From the UHGV virus genome UHGV-1383670: a stretch of 61,667 nucleotides of DNA; one strand, 5' to 3'. This DNA comes from a virus. Under the pieces are notes generated by a model, which saw only the letters and a program-made list of their open reading frames with translations, had not been told where the DNA came from and did not search any database. How positions within the stretch are numbered: the stretch's first letter is position 1; each line of letters starts with the position of its first letter. This document shows, piece after piece, positions 8,855 to 17,257 of the stretch. The position numbers and the translations under genes were made by a program.

Positions 8855-9324
8855 ACATCCCCCTTGCCGCCAGGGCGCCAGGCCTTAACGCTGAACGTTT
8901 CTCCATCTCTGGTGCTGGCCAGACCATCCGCGATAGAGTCAAACATTCTGCCATCGCAAGGTGGACGGATGCCGCCCTGGCGCATCATGCCCTGCATCTG
9001 GGAAACAATGTCACAGAGGCTTGCCTGCTGGGCTGCTTCCTTGCCGTTCAGCAGCACGTCCAGATCGCGCACCAGGCGCTGCTTATCCGCCTCGGCTTCC
9101 TTGTACGCCGTCAGCTGCGCGTAGACCTCTGTCAGCTCGTCCAGCAGCGACTTGATACGCTTGGCGCTAAACATCCAGTCGCTGATATCGTACAGGCGGC
9201 ATATTTGGTCAGGGCTACGGTTATACCCCTTACTATCCGCCAGCCGGTTTTCGTTCTCTTCCTCGATCACCTCAACGGCGTGGTCGTACATCTGTTTTTT
9301 GGTTGCTTCGCTGAGTCTGCTCAC
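8851..9324 (-). CDS. Hypothetical phage protein
   Basis: ORF in an operon-like array with 4-nt overlaps. Coiled-coil-rich. Confidence 0.45.
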   Translation of the reverse strand: MSRLSEATKKQMYDHAVEVIEEENENRLADSKGYNRSPDQICRLYDISDWMFSAKRIKSLLDELTEVYAQLTAYKEAEADKQRLVRDLDVLLNGKEAAQQASLCDIVSQMQGMMRQGGIRPPCDGRMFDSIADGLASTRDGETFSVKAWRPGGKGDV

Positions 9325-9365
9325 TCTCTCCCCTTAGCGGCCCGCCTGGGGCCGCTGGTGGATGG

Positions 9366-9845
9366 TTATTCGTCGGATTTAATGGCCTGGAGGCCGGGGA
9401 TGTCGCCCGCTGCAATGGCGGCATAGATAATTTCCAGCACACCTTCCCATTTCAATTCCTCAGACGCAGGCGCATAAGCGATGCGAGTCATGGCCTGAAC
9501 GGCTTTCTGTTTAAGCTCATCCGGGGAGACATAGCGGCGGAAAGTAAACCCATCCGTCCGCTCACAGTGCTCTACGCCCTTATCATCAGCAAAAATAACC
9601 CATTCGTCGCTGATATATAGGATCTTCGCATAGAGCCATTTCTCACGGCGGGTGCCGCCCATTATGCTGTACTCAGTTTCCGCGCCGACCGGCGGGCGGC
9701 TTTCGCCATCCCAGGTAAGGTACGCTGGTGGCTTGCCTAATGGTGGCTTCCACTGCTCGCCACCGTGATAGGTGTAGCCAAGATGTTGTAGGGTTACTTG
9801 AGCCGCTTTCGCTACTTTGTACTCATCGTTAGTCATCGAAAACAT
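9366..9845 (-). CDS. Hypothetical phage protein
   Basis: Start moved to the ATG at 9845 (GGAG RBS, MFSMTNDEYK...). A GTGA-type overlap with xis makes the longer N-terminus unlikely. Confidence 0.45.
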   Translation of the reverse strand: MFSMTNDEYKVAKAAQVTLQHLGYTYHGGEQWKPPLGKPPAYLTWDGESRPPVGAETEYSIMGGTRREKWLYAKILYISDEWVIFADDKGVEHCERTDGFTFRRYVSPDELKQKAVQAMTRIAYAPASEELKWEGVLEIIYAAIAAGDIPGLQAIKSDE

Positions 9846-9847
9846 AC

Positions 9848-10054
9848 TTACTCCCGCACCGATGGTGCGCATTTGACGGTATTACGTTCATCCCACGCAT
9901 CCAGCTCGGCCTCGTCGTAGAGGACCGTCTTGCCAATTTTCGTGTAGCGGGGGCCGATGCGCAGCGAACGCCAGTTCGCCAGGGTGCGCACCGAGATAAG
10001 CCCCCGGTAGCGGTCGGCAACTTCATCCTGCGTGAGATACCTCTTCTTGCTCAT
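9848..10054 (-). CDS. xis: AlpA/Xis-family excisionase-like HTH protein
   Basis: LTQDEVADRY...SVRTLANWRS...GPRYTKIGKTVLYDEAELDAW is a classic AlpA / phage excisionase winged HTH. Confidence 0.7.
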   Translation of the reverse strand: MSKKRYLTQDEVADRYRGLISVRTLANWRSLRIGPRYTKIGKTVLYDEAELDAWDERNTVKCAPSVRE

Positions 10055-10144
10055 CCGTGAGTCGCTCCTGTTGCTGTTTCAGCAACGGTGATAACAAGAG
10101 CGAAACGGTCTGAAAAGGGGGAAGCGTGAACTTCCCCTGTCATC

Positions 10145-10351
10145 CTACTTGGCCGGCGGCGGCTCGATTTCGCGGATGCTGTCCAGCTCCAGTCGGCCAC
10201 GGCCAGGCGCACCGACGCGGGCGCCGGTGTCCCGGTAATAGAACTCCTGGCCGCTTACTACCCAGGTGGTCGCCGCCTGGTGGACCCTAACGCGGTGACG
10301 GCCGTCGCGGCGCACGACGATCGCGGTATGGGTTTTCTTGGTAGCCATCAC
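10145..10351 (-). CDS. Hypothetical small protein
   Basis: ORF with a 4-nt overlap onto the next gene. Confidence 0.35.
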   Translation of the reverse strand: MMATKKTHTAIVVRRDGRHRVRVHQAATTWVVSGQEFYYRDTGARVGAPGRGRLELDSIREIEPPPAK

Positions 10352-10665
10352 TCACCGTCCTTCGCCACGGAGGCGTAACAATCTTCGCATTTAGGCTCGC
10401 CGGTCGCGTCATGCAGCGTGGCAACCCGTTCAGCTCCGCACCCGGCGCAGTCGCGCAGCTCAGCCATGCTCCAGTCTGGCTCATCAGCAGAAGGGGTGAC
10501 ATCAACCTCAGTACCATCGTAGGCTGCTTTAACGCTGTTAGCCGCCGCGATAATCACGTTGAACCGGTCGGAGTCCACCGTCACGCCGGGATACTGCCTG
10601 GCCACCTCCAGAGATATAGCTGACACAAGGCGCATCTGATCGATACGGATTGTCGTCTTCATCAC
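10348..10665 (-). CDS. Hypothetical protein with a C-terminal CxxC...CxxC zinc ribbon
   Basis: CAGCG...CEDC cysteine pairs. Operon context. Confidence 0.45.
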   Translation of the reverse strand: MMKTTIRIDQMRLVSAISLEVARQYPGVTVDSDRFNVIIAAANSVKAAYDGTEVDVTPSADEPDWSMAELRDCAGCGAERVATLHDATGEPKCEDCYASVAKDGE

Positions 10666-10907
10666 TCACCTGCCTTAGCCGGCCGGAAGCCAACCATTGC
10701 CAGATTGTGGACCTGCACCAGCTCCGGATCCCCCACCTTGCCGTCACGGGCAATCTCCGCCCGCACCGCGCGGTAGTCCTCAATGCCGGTGATCAGTTTC
10801 GAGGTTACGACGCCATCCCAATGGACACTGCCGCGCGCTGTGTTAGCCGATGCCGCGTACTGATAAACAACAATCTCTTCCTGTAATTCGGTTGCTTGGT
10901 TAGTCAC
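10662..10907 (-). CDS. Hypothetical protein
   Basis: ORF with overlapping stop/start. Confidence 0.4.
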   Translation of the reverse strand: MTNQATELQEEIVVYQYAASANTARGSVHWDGVVTSKLITGIEDYRAVRAEIARDGKVGDPELVQVHNLAMVGFRPAKAGE

Positions 10908-11143
10908 TATCCTTTCCTCACAAGGCGGCCCGTCGCCACGTCGATACGCACGTCGCTCTCGAATGGCCGGATCCGGTATTTCGGTGGCCGGGGTTGCTCT
11001 TTCAGGTAGGTGAGCTTCCCCGGGGTGTGTATTGCTATGTCATCGATCGGGAAGTGGGCCGCGACCAGGCGCAGGAAGTCCTGCAGGCCAGCTTCGCCCG
11101 CGTGCTCCCAAACAGCTGCGCGGCCCTGCTTCACCTCTTTCAC
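10907..11143 (-). CDS. Hypothetical protein
   Basis: ORF in the same array. Confidence 0.4.
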   Translation of the reverse strand: MKEVKQGRAAVWEHAGEAGLQDFLRLVAAHFPIDDIAIHTPGKLTYLKEQPRPPKYRIRPFESDVRIDVATGRLVRKG

Positions 11144-11307
11144 TCAGTCTTCTCGTCCGGCTGGTGCCAGAAATGACCGGGCTGAAGGTCGCGCCCTTTC
11201 ATGTCCTCTGCCCGGACGAACACGCAGGGGATCGCGATATCAACCGGCACGATGACGGCCGCGCCGTCTGGGTGGCGATGCACCTCTTTGATTTCGAAGC
11301 TGGCCAT
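11140..11307 (-). CDS. Hypothetical 55-aa protein (MASFEIKEVHRHPDG...)
   Basis: TGATG overlap with the upstream gene's stop at 11307. The longer 11140..11493 frame overlaps the DUF2829 gene and was rejected. Confidence 0.3.
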   Translation of the reverse strand: MASFEIKEVHRHPDGAAVIVPVDIAIPCVFVRAEDMKGRDLQPGHFWHQPDEKTE

Positions 11308-11852
11308 CAGCGGACCACCAGCCAGTCGGTAGCCAGCAGGTCGCCCATAGACGGCACCCATTGAACGAGCTGGTTTTGCGCGTTCTTGAGTACCAGCCCT
11401 GGCTCCACGGCATAACAGAAGTCGTCGTCTTCCCAGGTGTGGGCGGCGTATGGCTGACTCCACATACGCACCCACTGACCGCCAGCATTCCAACCTGCGC
11501 GCGCCACGCGCTTACCCTCTTTCAGCCACATCAGGGCGTCGGAGAAGTCGGCGGCATTCAGATCGATATCAGCACTTTCATAGGTCGCAGCAAAAATATC
11601 CGGCTTGCAGGGGTACAGCTCTCCTTTGACGCCCCGTATAATCCAGTCACCACGTTCGGCGCGCATCTTCCCTTCGAGCGTGAGGATTTCTAACGCTTCG
11701 AGCATGGGTAAATATTTAACCTCTCCGATTTTCGTGGCCATTACAAACCATTTTGGGAAGATGCTTGCATACGTGCTGCCTTGTTCGCCGTCCCACCGAA
11801 ATGCTTCGATGACTACCGGCTTTTTGCGAAACTTGAATGCATTAACGTTCAT
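11307..11852 (-). CDS. Phage protein with a DUF2829-like C-terminal domain
   Basis: FSDALMWLKEGKRVARAGWNAGGQWV resembles the DUF2829 signature (..AL..LK.GKKVRR..W...). Confidence 0.5.
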   Translation of the reverse strand: MNVNAFKFRKKPVVIEAFRWDGEQGSTYASIFPKWFVMATKIGEVKYLPMLEALEILTLEGKMRAERGDWIIRGVKGELYPCKPDIFAATYESADIDLNAADFSDALMWLKEGKRVARAGWNAGGQWVRMWSQPYAAHTWEDDDFCYAVEPGLVLKNAQNQLVQWVPSMGDLLATDWLVVR

Positions 11853-11860
11853 ACCTTTCC

Positions 11861-12187
11861 TTAGCCCTGTCGGGCGGTGAATTTTCTACGTGTGGGTCCG
11901 AAGAGGATGCCTTCCGTCTTCGCTTTATAAATTACCTGCGCTTTATCTTTCCCCAGCGAGCCGGCGATCTCTCTCGCTGTCATCCGAGCTGCATTCTTCC
12001 TTAAGAAGTGGAGATCTTCATCAGGCCACCGGACAAAGCTGACCCCCATCCGCTCCGCTTTGCATCTTACGGCTTCTGCGGTGCGTTTCAGGCGCAGCCC
12101 GATGTATTCGGCGGAGAACCGGTGCGCATTGGAGGTCAGATAAACCTCCTCTTCGTCAGTCCATGGCCGCCGGGTGATGCGTTTCAC
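11861..12187 (-). CDS. Myb/SANT-like DNA-binding repeat protein; GTG start overlapping the upstream stop
   Basis: Two repeats of a W/F-x-EEE...R...IGLRLKRT / MTAREIAGSLGK helix motif. The N-terminal 100 aa of the long ORF are GC-rich junk, and the GTGA overlap at 12184-12187 is the plausible start. Confidence 0.45.
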   Translation of the reverse strand: MKRITRRPWTDEEEVYLTSNAHRFSAEYIGLRLKRTAEAVRCKAERMGVSFVRWPDEDLHFLRKNAARMTAREIAGSLGKDKAQVIYKAKTEGILFGPTRRKFTARQG

Positions 12188-12621
12188 TTCGCAATCCCAT
12201 AGACGCGCTGGCCAGGAGTCCCGTACTTGCGCCCGCTCTTCCGGCCGCCGTGGTCGCCAATCTTCCGGTAGACCGCGTGGCGGTAGTAGAGCGTGCCGTC
12301 CTCGTTCTCTTTCACCGGGTGCGGTTGCTGGTGCTCGACGCCTGGCGTCCAGGACTTGTCGCGCTGGTGGTGATCGCCAAAAAGCAGGTCTTTGCGCAGC
12401 TGGTCGATGTACTCCACCTGGCGCCGCGCTTCCTTTTCGCCCATGGCGCCCATCAGCTCCAGCGTAGCGATGGCCATTTCCCACTGGTGAAGGGTATCGA
12501 GCGCCCTGGTGGTCCAGACGCCTGGCGCCGGCCTGGCCGGCTCCTGGATGTTGGGGATCGGCTTCACCGGTGACGGCTCAGAGAACAGCGCCCGGAAGGC
12601 GCCAGCGATGCGTTTAATCAT
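12184..12621 (-). CDS. Hypothetical protein
   Basis: ORF whose stop abuts the next start. No recognisable motif. Confidence 0.45.
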   Translation of the reverse strand: MIKRIAGAFRALFSEPSPVKPIPNIQEPARPAPGVWTTRALDTLHQWEMAIATLELMGAMGEKEARRQVEYIDQLRKDLLFGDHHQRDKSWTPGVEHQQPHPVKENEDGTLYYRHAVYRKIGDHGGRKSGRKYGTPGQRVYGIAK

Positions 12622-13252
12622 GGCTGTCCTCCTGGGGAGGGACGGGGGCGTAAACAGGTCCGGCGAGCGTCAAGCCAGGCACCGGCACGTCGCTAATAGA
12701 AAATACGGTGCCACCGTCAGCTGTGATGAACATGTAACCGATTGTCAGCATGCCATCCGGCGCTACCGGCGCTGGCTGCGGGGCAGCGAATAGTTCGACA
12801 CCTTCCGGTAACTGCTGATAAAGCGAGACGTGAATGCTTTTCCTCTCCCGAGTACCGACATATCGGACAATGCCCACCGGCTCACTGTCTAATACGGCCT
12901 GGCGCCGCGCTTCCTCGTACGCTTCCAGGACCACCGGCAGCAGTTCGCCGTCCTGCAGCTGCTGCGCGAGCGATGGCTTGAACTCCAGCACATCGCTGGT
13001 GGGATCGCACACGTTCGCGAAGAGGGTTTCATAGCCGCCGAAGATGCGGTTGAAGGCGCCTTCTTCCACGGCGAACTTGTAGCAGCGCAGGAAGAAGAGC
13101 TTTTCCAGGCGGGAAAGGTTTTCGAAGTCGATATCGCGAGCTGAATAATTCCAGTTCTCGTACTGGAGGCGCTGGGCGGCACGATAGACGGCCCAGGCTA
13201 ATTTGATGTCGTCGCTGCTTGCAGCGGCCATCCGAACACTGACAGTAGCCAT
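12614..13252 (-). CDS. Hypothetical phage early protein
   Basis: First gene of the leftward operon, downstream of the CI-proximal promoter region at 13253-13380. Confidence 0.5.
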   Translation of the reverse strand: MATVSVRMAAASSDDIKLAWAVYRAAQRLQYENWNYSARDIDFENLSRLEKLFFLRCYKFAVEEGAFNRIFGGYETLFANVCDPTSDVLEFKPSLAQQLQDGELLPVVLEAYEEARRQAVLDSEPVGIVRYVGTRERKSIHVSLYQQLPEGVELFAAPQPAPVAPDGMLTIGYMFITADGGTVFSISDVPVPGLTLAGPVYAPVPPQEDSHD

Positions 13253-13380
13253 AAAGTTTATCTCGTATCGGTAAGGAGCCTTTCGTCTCCGGTTAAAGGT
13301 TGACCGTTCATCAAATCGTCTGGCGTTACTCGCCAGATGTTGCTATTTTAGAATTATTGTTTCCATAATTGCAAATCGAT

Positions 13381-13977
13381 TTAACCGTGTTGCGTGAAGT
13401 AAATGCGCCGCGCCCAGGTTAGCGGCTGGCTCTGCCTCGATACGCCGGCCGCGCCGGTGACGTTATAGGTTCGAGGCTGATAGCCGCGCTGGATGGTCCC
13501 GATAATCTGCGAGCCGCCTTCCACCTGGCAGACCGCGTAGGTACCGACGAGATCGGCAGGGTCAGCCTCCGGGCCGATGAAGAACAGCCAGCCGTCCAGG
13601 AACGCGAAAGGGCTGTCGGCAGTCCGGGCCTGAACCGCCTGGACGCCATCGGGCAAATCGCCCAGCGGGATAGCGACACGTTCGCGGACATTTTTATCCA
13701 CAGGAGAAATAGTTAGGTCGCCCTGCAGGAAGCCGATGACCGGGCAGAAACGCTGCTCTGTCTGCGCCTGCTCGATGCCGGAGTGAACCATCAACTCGGC
13801 CAGGCCGACCCCCAGGATTTGCGCCAGGGAAACGGCTTCGCTGAGCTGCATCCGGCGGTGGCCGGACAAGGTACGGGACAGCTGCGAAGGCGAGGTATCC
13901 ATTAGTTTTGCGACCTGGCGCAGCGAAATTTTACGGTCGCGCATCTGGTCATCGAAGAAGCGTTTATTTATGGCCAT
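13381..13977 (-). CDS. CI-like phage repressor (N-terminal XRE-type HTH; non-S24 C-terminal domain)
   Basis: ISLRQVAKLMDTSPSQLSRTLSG is an HTH. Divergent from a Cro-like gene. No LexA-like Ala-Gly / Ser-Lys autocleavage signature was recognised. Confidence 0.7.
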   Translation of the reverse strand: MAINKRFFDDQMRDRKISLRQVAKLMDTSPSQLSRTLSGHRRMQLSEAVSLAQILGVGLAELMVHSGIEQAQTEQRFCPVIGFLQGDLTISPVDKNVRERVAIPLGDLPDGVQAVQARTADSPFAFLDGWLFFIGPEADPADLVGTYAVCQVEGGSQIIGTIQRGYQPRTYNVTGAAGVSRQSQPLTWARRIYFTQHG

Positions 13978-14106
13978 GGGCGAACCTCCTGCTCACTGTT
14001 GGCCTGTTTGGTTTACGATCGGTGTTGCCAAAACACAACCGGCATATTGATTTTGGCATTCGGTTTTGCAAACATAATTTCCAAAATAGCAACAGAAGGT
14101 AACTTT
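13978..14106. promoter_or_regulatory. Divergent repressor/cro switch region with repeated TTGCCAAAA / TTTTGGCA / TTTTGCAAA operator-like half sites
   Basis: Motifs at about 14027, 14050, 14063 and 14080, between divergent HTH genes. Confidence 0.5.
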
Positions 14107-14400
14107 ATGACGTTCAAACAAATCAGCGACGTGACGCCGCTGGCAATCCGGAAGTTCCGGAAGTCCCTGGGCCTGAGCCAGAAAGATTTTTGGCTGGGCC
14201 TGGATCTGACCGTGGGGAAGGGGTGCCGCTATGAGACGGGCGTCACACCCATGCCGCCCCACGTCCGCCGGCTGGTCTTCCTGCAATATGGGGAAGCGGA
14301 AAACAAGGACAATGCGCTGCAGCAGATAGCGCAGGGTGTGGATCTCATGCAAACAGGGTTGAAGACCCTGAAAAAGAGCGAAGGCGAGGCCGCGCAATGA
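14107..14400 (+). CDS. Cro-like / XRE-family HTH regulator
   Basis: SLGLSQKDFWLGLDLTVGKGCRYETG is an HTH. RBS GAAGGT. First gene of the rightward operon. Confidence 0.65.
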   Translation: MTFKQISDVTPLAIRKFRKSLGLSQKDFWLGLDLTVGKGCRYETGVTPMPPHVRRLVFLQYGEAENKDNALQQIAQGVDLMQTGLKTLKKSEGEAAQ

Positions 14401-14564
14401 TGCTTTTTCTTCAAATTATGAACCCGGTCACGTTCGTGCGGTCGGTTATCGACGGCGAAGAGCACTGGTCTGCACTTATCTGGTACGTGCCGGCGCTCAT
14501 CTACTGCCTGGCTGTCGCATGGGGCGCCCTCTGGCTGCTGGGTGCGGCTAAGGGGACCATGTGA
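14397..14564 (+). CDS. 55-aa two-TM small membrane protein
   Basis: ATGA overlap with the cro stop. Hydrophobic (ALIWYVPALIYCLAVAWGALWLLG). Below the track cutoff. Confidence 0.3.
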   Translation: MMLFLQIMNPVTFVRSVIDGEEHWSALIWYVPALIYCLAVAWGALWLLGAAKGTM

Positions 14565-14821
14565 GCCTGGTCAGCTGGCGGAATGGCCAGGACGCTCCGC
14601 AGGTCAATGGCTGGCGCAATGTTCCCCGCAAGCCGGTCATCTGGCACGGCGAGCTGTGGTTAAAGCTCCCGGACGGCACGAAAGTTTCACAGACCTGGCG
14701 CGCGCGTCAGAAAATTCGCGGCTCGGAGGCGATCGACGTTGTTCGCGCCCTGCTGAATGAGCTGGTGGCCGAGAACGGCACCGAAGCAATTGATTCCGGC
14801 TTCTGGATACAGAGCCGATAA
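14561..14821 (+). CDS. Hypothetical protein (GTG start)
   Basis: ORF track. GTG overlapping the upstream stop. Confidence 0.35.
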   Translation: MSLVSWRNGQDAPQVNGWRNVPRKPVIWHGELWLKLPDGTKVSQTWRARQKIRGSEAIDVVRALLNELVAENGTEAIDSGFWIQSR

Positions 14822-14846
14822 CATCCCCCAACCCGAGGAAAGGATT

Positions 14847-16010
14847 TTGAAACAGCAGAAATTCGAAGCAACCCTGAAAAAGTCCGTGGCCATGTTCAAC
14901 ATGCTCACCGGCCGCGACCTTACCGAACGCGAAGGCTCAGCATTTATCCATATCTTCGACCTGGTGGACGATTACACCGGCGCCGGCAGCGATGCCGTCC
15001 AGGCATTCGACGTTCTTTCCCAGGCAGCGCCGAAACCAGGTCTGCGCGAAACGCCGGCCGCGAAGGATCTGCAGAAGCTGGACCTTCCGGTTTCCACCGA
15101 AGCGCAGAACGGGGCGACTGACGCGATCCGTCACGGCACCGCCTTCATGGAAGTCTCACCAGGCGGCGGGAAGCACATCACGCGCGATGAGGTTCGTGCC
15201 GTCCAGGTTGATTCCACCCCCACTGGCGTCAGTAGTCCCTACGAGGCCGTGGAGGGTTGCGGCTGTCCGGAAGGGCGCTGCACCTGCACCGACGAGATGC
15301 TCGCGAACGTACCATCGAGGGCGGCTAAGGTCATCGTGGAGTCCACCCCCACTGGCGTCAGTAGTCCCTGGCTCGATGGCCGCCTCAAAGGCATTAAGCC
15401 GAAAATCGTCGAGCAGCTGGCGAGGATGGAAAGCGCAGAGAACAAACAGCCAATAGGTGGCATTGTCGAGACGGCCGATGGCGTGTTCGATGCCCGTAAG
15501 CCTCGATATACCCCGCCGCCGATTACGAACGACAACCGCGACCACATTCCCGGATACGACTGGCAGATCGTCGTCCTGCGCCGCGATAAAAGCTGGGATG
15601 GTAGCTACGTCATCCACTCCGCCGTGATGCCGACACAACGCGAATTCGCAGAGCATTTTGCGCACTTCCGTGCCCGGACCCACTACGTTCACGTCAACGA
15701 ATGGGTACACAACCGCTGGGAGAGCATAACCACCCGTTACGACACCAGCACGCCGGAAACCGAGCTACGCGAGCCGAACAAGGTTGTCCGCACTGCCCCC
15801 GCGCCGGAGCTGCAGGGCCGTGATGTGTCGGTGCCGCCGATGTCGGACCCATGGGAAGAGGCCGATAAGCCCTGGCGCATCCGCTACTACTCCGACGTGA
15901 TGCAGCGCGTGATCTTCACCTACATCGACAAGAAGCCGACCGGTGCCGAAATGGCGCACTTCCACCACACCAAATGTCTGGCCGTCAGCCAGGCGCGACC
16001 GAAGCAGTAG
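14847..16010 (+). CDS. Hypothetical early protein with an internal direct repeat (V(D/E)STPTGVSSP(Y/W)); start uncertain (TTG 14847 after GAGGAAAGG, or ATG 14757)
   Basis: The long ORF has repeats at nt ~15210 and ~15340 and a Cys cluster CGCPEGRCTCTDE. Confidence 0.5.
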   Translation: MKQQKFEATLKKSVAMFNMLTGRDLTEREGSAFIHIFDLVDDYTGAGSDAVQAFDVLSQAAPKPGLRETPAAKDLQKLDLPVSTEAQNGATDAIRHGTAFMEVSPGGGKHITRDEVRAVQVDSTPTGVSSPYEAVEGCGCPEGRCTCTDEMLANVPSRAAKVIVESTPTGVSSPWLDGRLKGIKPKIVEQLARMESAENKQPIGGIVETADGVFDARKPRYTPPPITNDNRDHIPGYDWQIVVLRRDKSWDGSYVIHSAVMPTQREFAEHFAHFRARTHYVHVNEWVHNRWESITTRYDTSTPETELREPNKVVRTAPAPELQGRDVSVPPMSDPWEEADKPWRIRYYSDVMQRVIFTYIDKKPTGAEMAHFHHTKCLAVSQARPKQ

Positions 16011-16019
16011 GGCGACCGC

Positions 16020-16463
16020 ATGCATATGAGTGAAGACGAGCTGCAGGAGCTGCTGCAGCGCATGGGCAAAAAGAAAAAGCCGGCCAAAGCGCCGGCGGCC
16101 AGCCCGTCTGGCCAGGAACGACTGCAGGCGCTGGGGCGTATGAAGTCCGGCGAAATGAACAAGACCGAAGCCGCGTTCGCGCAGCGCCTGGAGCTGCAGC
16201 GCCACGCCGGCGAGGTGCTGTGGTGGAAGTTCGAGGGCATCAAGCTGATGCTGGCCAAGAACACCAGCATTACCGTGGATTTCGCCGTGATGCTGGCCGA
16301 CTGCAGGCTGTTCATGATCGACGTGAAAGGTTCGAAAGCCATCTTCACCGACGACGCCCGGGCGAAGATGAAGGTCGCGGCGGAAATGTACCCGTTCGCG
16401 TTCCAGGCCGCATACCCTAAGCCGAAGAGCGAGGGAACCGGCTGGGTATTTGAGGATTTTTAG
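16020..16463 (+). CDS. DUF1064-like phage protein (PD-(D/E)xK nuclease-like fold)
   Basis: EAAFAQRLELQRHAGEVLWWKFEGIKLML...DFAVML...IDVKG resembles the DUF1064 signature. Confidence 0.5.
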   Translation: MHMSEDELQELLQRMGKKKKPAKAPAASPSGQERLQALGRMKSGEMNKTEAAFAQRLELQRHAGEVLWWKFEGIKLMLAKNTSITVDFAVMLADCRLFMIDVKGSKAIFTDDARAKMKVAAEMYPFAFQAAYPKPKSEGTGWVFEDF

Positions 16464-16545
16464 GCGCATGGTGTTGCTGTTTTGGCAACGTCATGTCCAG
16501 ATTGGCAATAACGATTCGCCGTTCTGCGGCGACAAGGGGAGTTTT
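16464..16545 (+). promoter_or_regulatory. Intergenic region with the perfect inverted repeat GTTGC-TGTTTTG-GCAAC (16474-16490)
   Basis: Palindrome related to the switch-region TTTTGGCAA motifs. A strong RBS AAGGGGA precedes the next gene. Confidence 0.35.
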
Positions 16546-16881
16546 ATGCATTCTGATTACCTGTCCAGGTTCAAGCCCACCCTGACGTGGGAACCCGGCG
16601 GCGTGAAGGTTATCATTGCGAGCCGTCATGTGGTCGCCGTCCCTGCGGGAACCTATCCGCTCGATCTGAGCCAGCAGGCTCGCGTCATTCACCAGTGGCT
16701 CCTGGATAAGGGCGGCAGTGTGCTGGTGGCCGATGTGATCAACCATCACGGGTACCCGATGAAGCGCCCGTATGGCCTGCCGGACACTAAGACCCTGCGC
16801 GCCTTCCCTCTGGAAGAACTTTACGACCACTCGCTGCTGTACGTGGTGGAAGAGCACCATCCGGACCAGGAGGGCGCATGA
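16546..16881 (+). CDS. Hypothetical protein
   Basis: ATG with an AAGGGGA RBS. The longer track ORF 16450.. would span the palindrome. Confidence 0.5.
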   Translation: MHSDYLSRFKPTLTWEPGGVKVIIASRHVVAVPAGTYPLDLSQQARVIHQWLLDKGGSVLVADVINHHGYPMKRPYGLPDTKTLRAFPLEELYDHSLLYVVEEHHPDQEGA

Positions 16882-17108
16882 GAATTAATTGCTGGATAAC
16901 GCCCGAGAACCGCGTGGATCTGAGCGCGATGATAACGGCCGTCAACCAGCAGCGCGCCGCGCTGGGGCTTGGGCCTGTCTCCCAGGCTCACGTTCTCAAC
17001 GACATCATCGCCCGCGCCGCTGAGCAAAGCACAATCAACCTCTGCAGCGTGTTCGTCACCCGCGAACAGCGCAGCCAACAACAATCCCAAAAACGGGAGG
17101 AACCATGA
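16878..17108 (+). CDS. Hypothetical protein
   Basis: ORF with an ATGA overlap on both sides. Confidence 0.4.
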   Translation: MRINCWITPENRVDLSAMITAVNQQRAALGLGPVSQAHVLNDIIARAAEQSTINLCSVFVTREQRSQQQSQKREEP

Positions 17109-17257
17109 ATACTATGCCCACTAACGATTTCGGATGCCCGGTCGGAGACGATCTGCCTTCCGGCAATTTTTGGCGCTCACTTATGGTGAGCCTGGTGCTT
17201 TGCATCGTCCTCTTCTGGATCCCGCTGGCTTACTTCATCGTGAGGGCGCTGGCATGA
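17105..17257 (+). CDS. 50-aa small membrane protein
   Basis: ATGA overlaps. TM LMVSLVLCIVLFWIPLAYFIV. Confidence 0.3.
   Translation: MNTMPTNDFGCPVGDDLPSGNFWRSLMVSLVLCIVLFWIPLAYFIVRALA

Noticed and set aside
11140-11493. 117-aa ORF 11140..11493
   Set aside because: Overlaps the DUF2829-like gene in another frame. Only the 55-aa version starting at the TGATG junction at 11307 was kept, at low confidence.
11861-12484. Full-length 207-aa ORF 11861..12484
   Set aside because: The N-terminal 100 aa are Arg/Ala/Pro/Gly junk overlapping gene 12184..12621. Only the C-terminal Myb-like 108 aa, from the GTG at 12187, look real.
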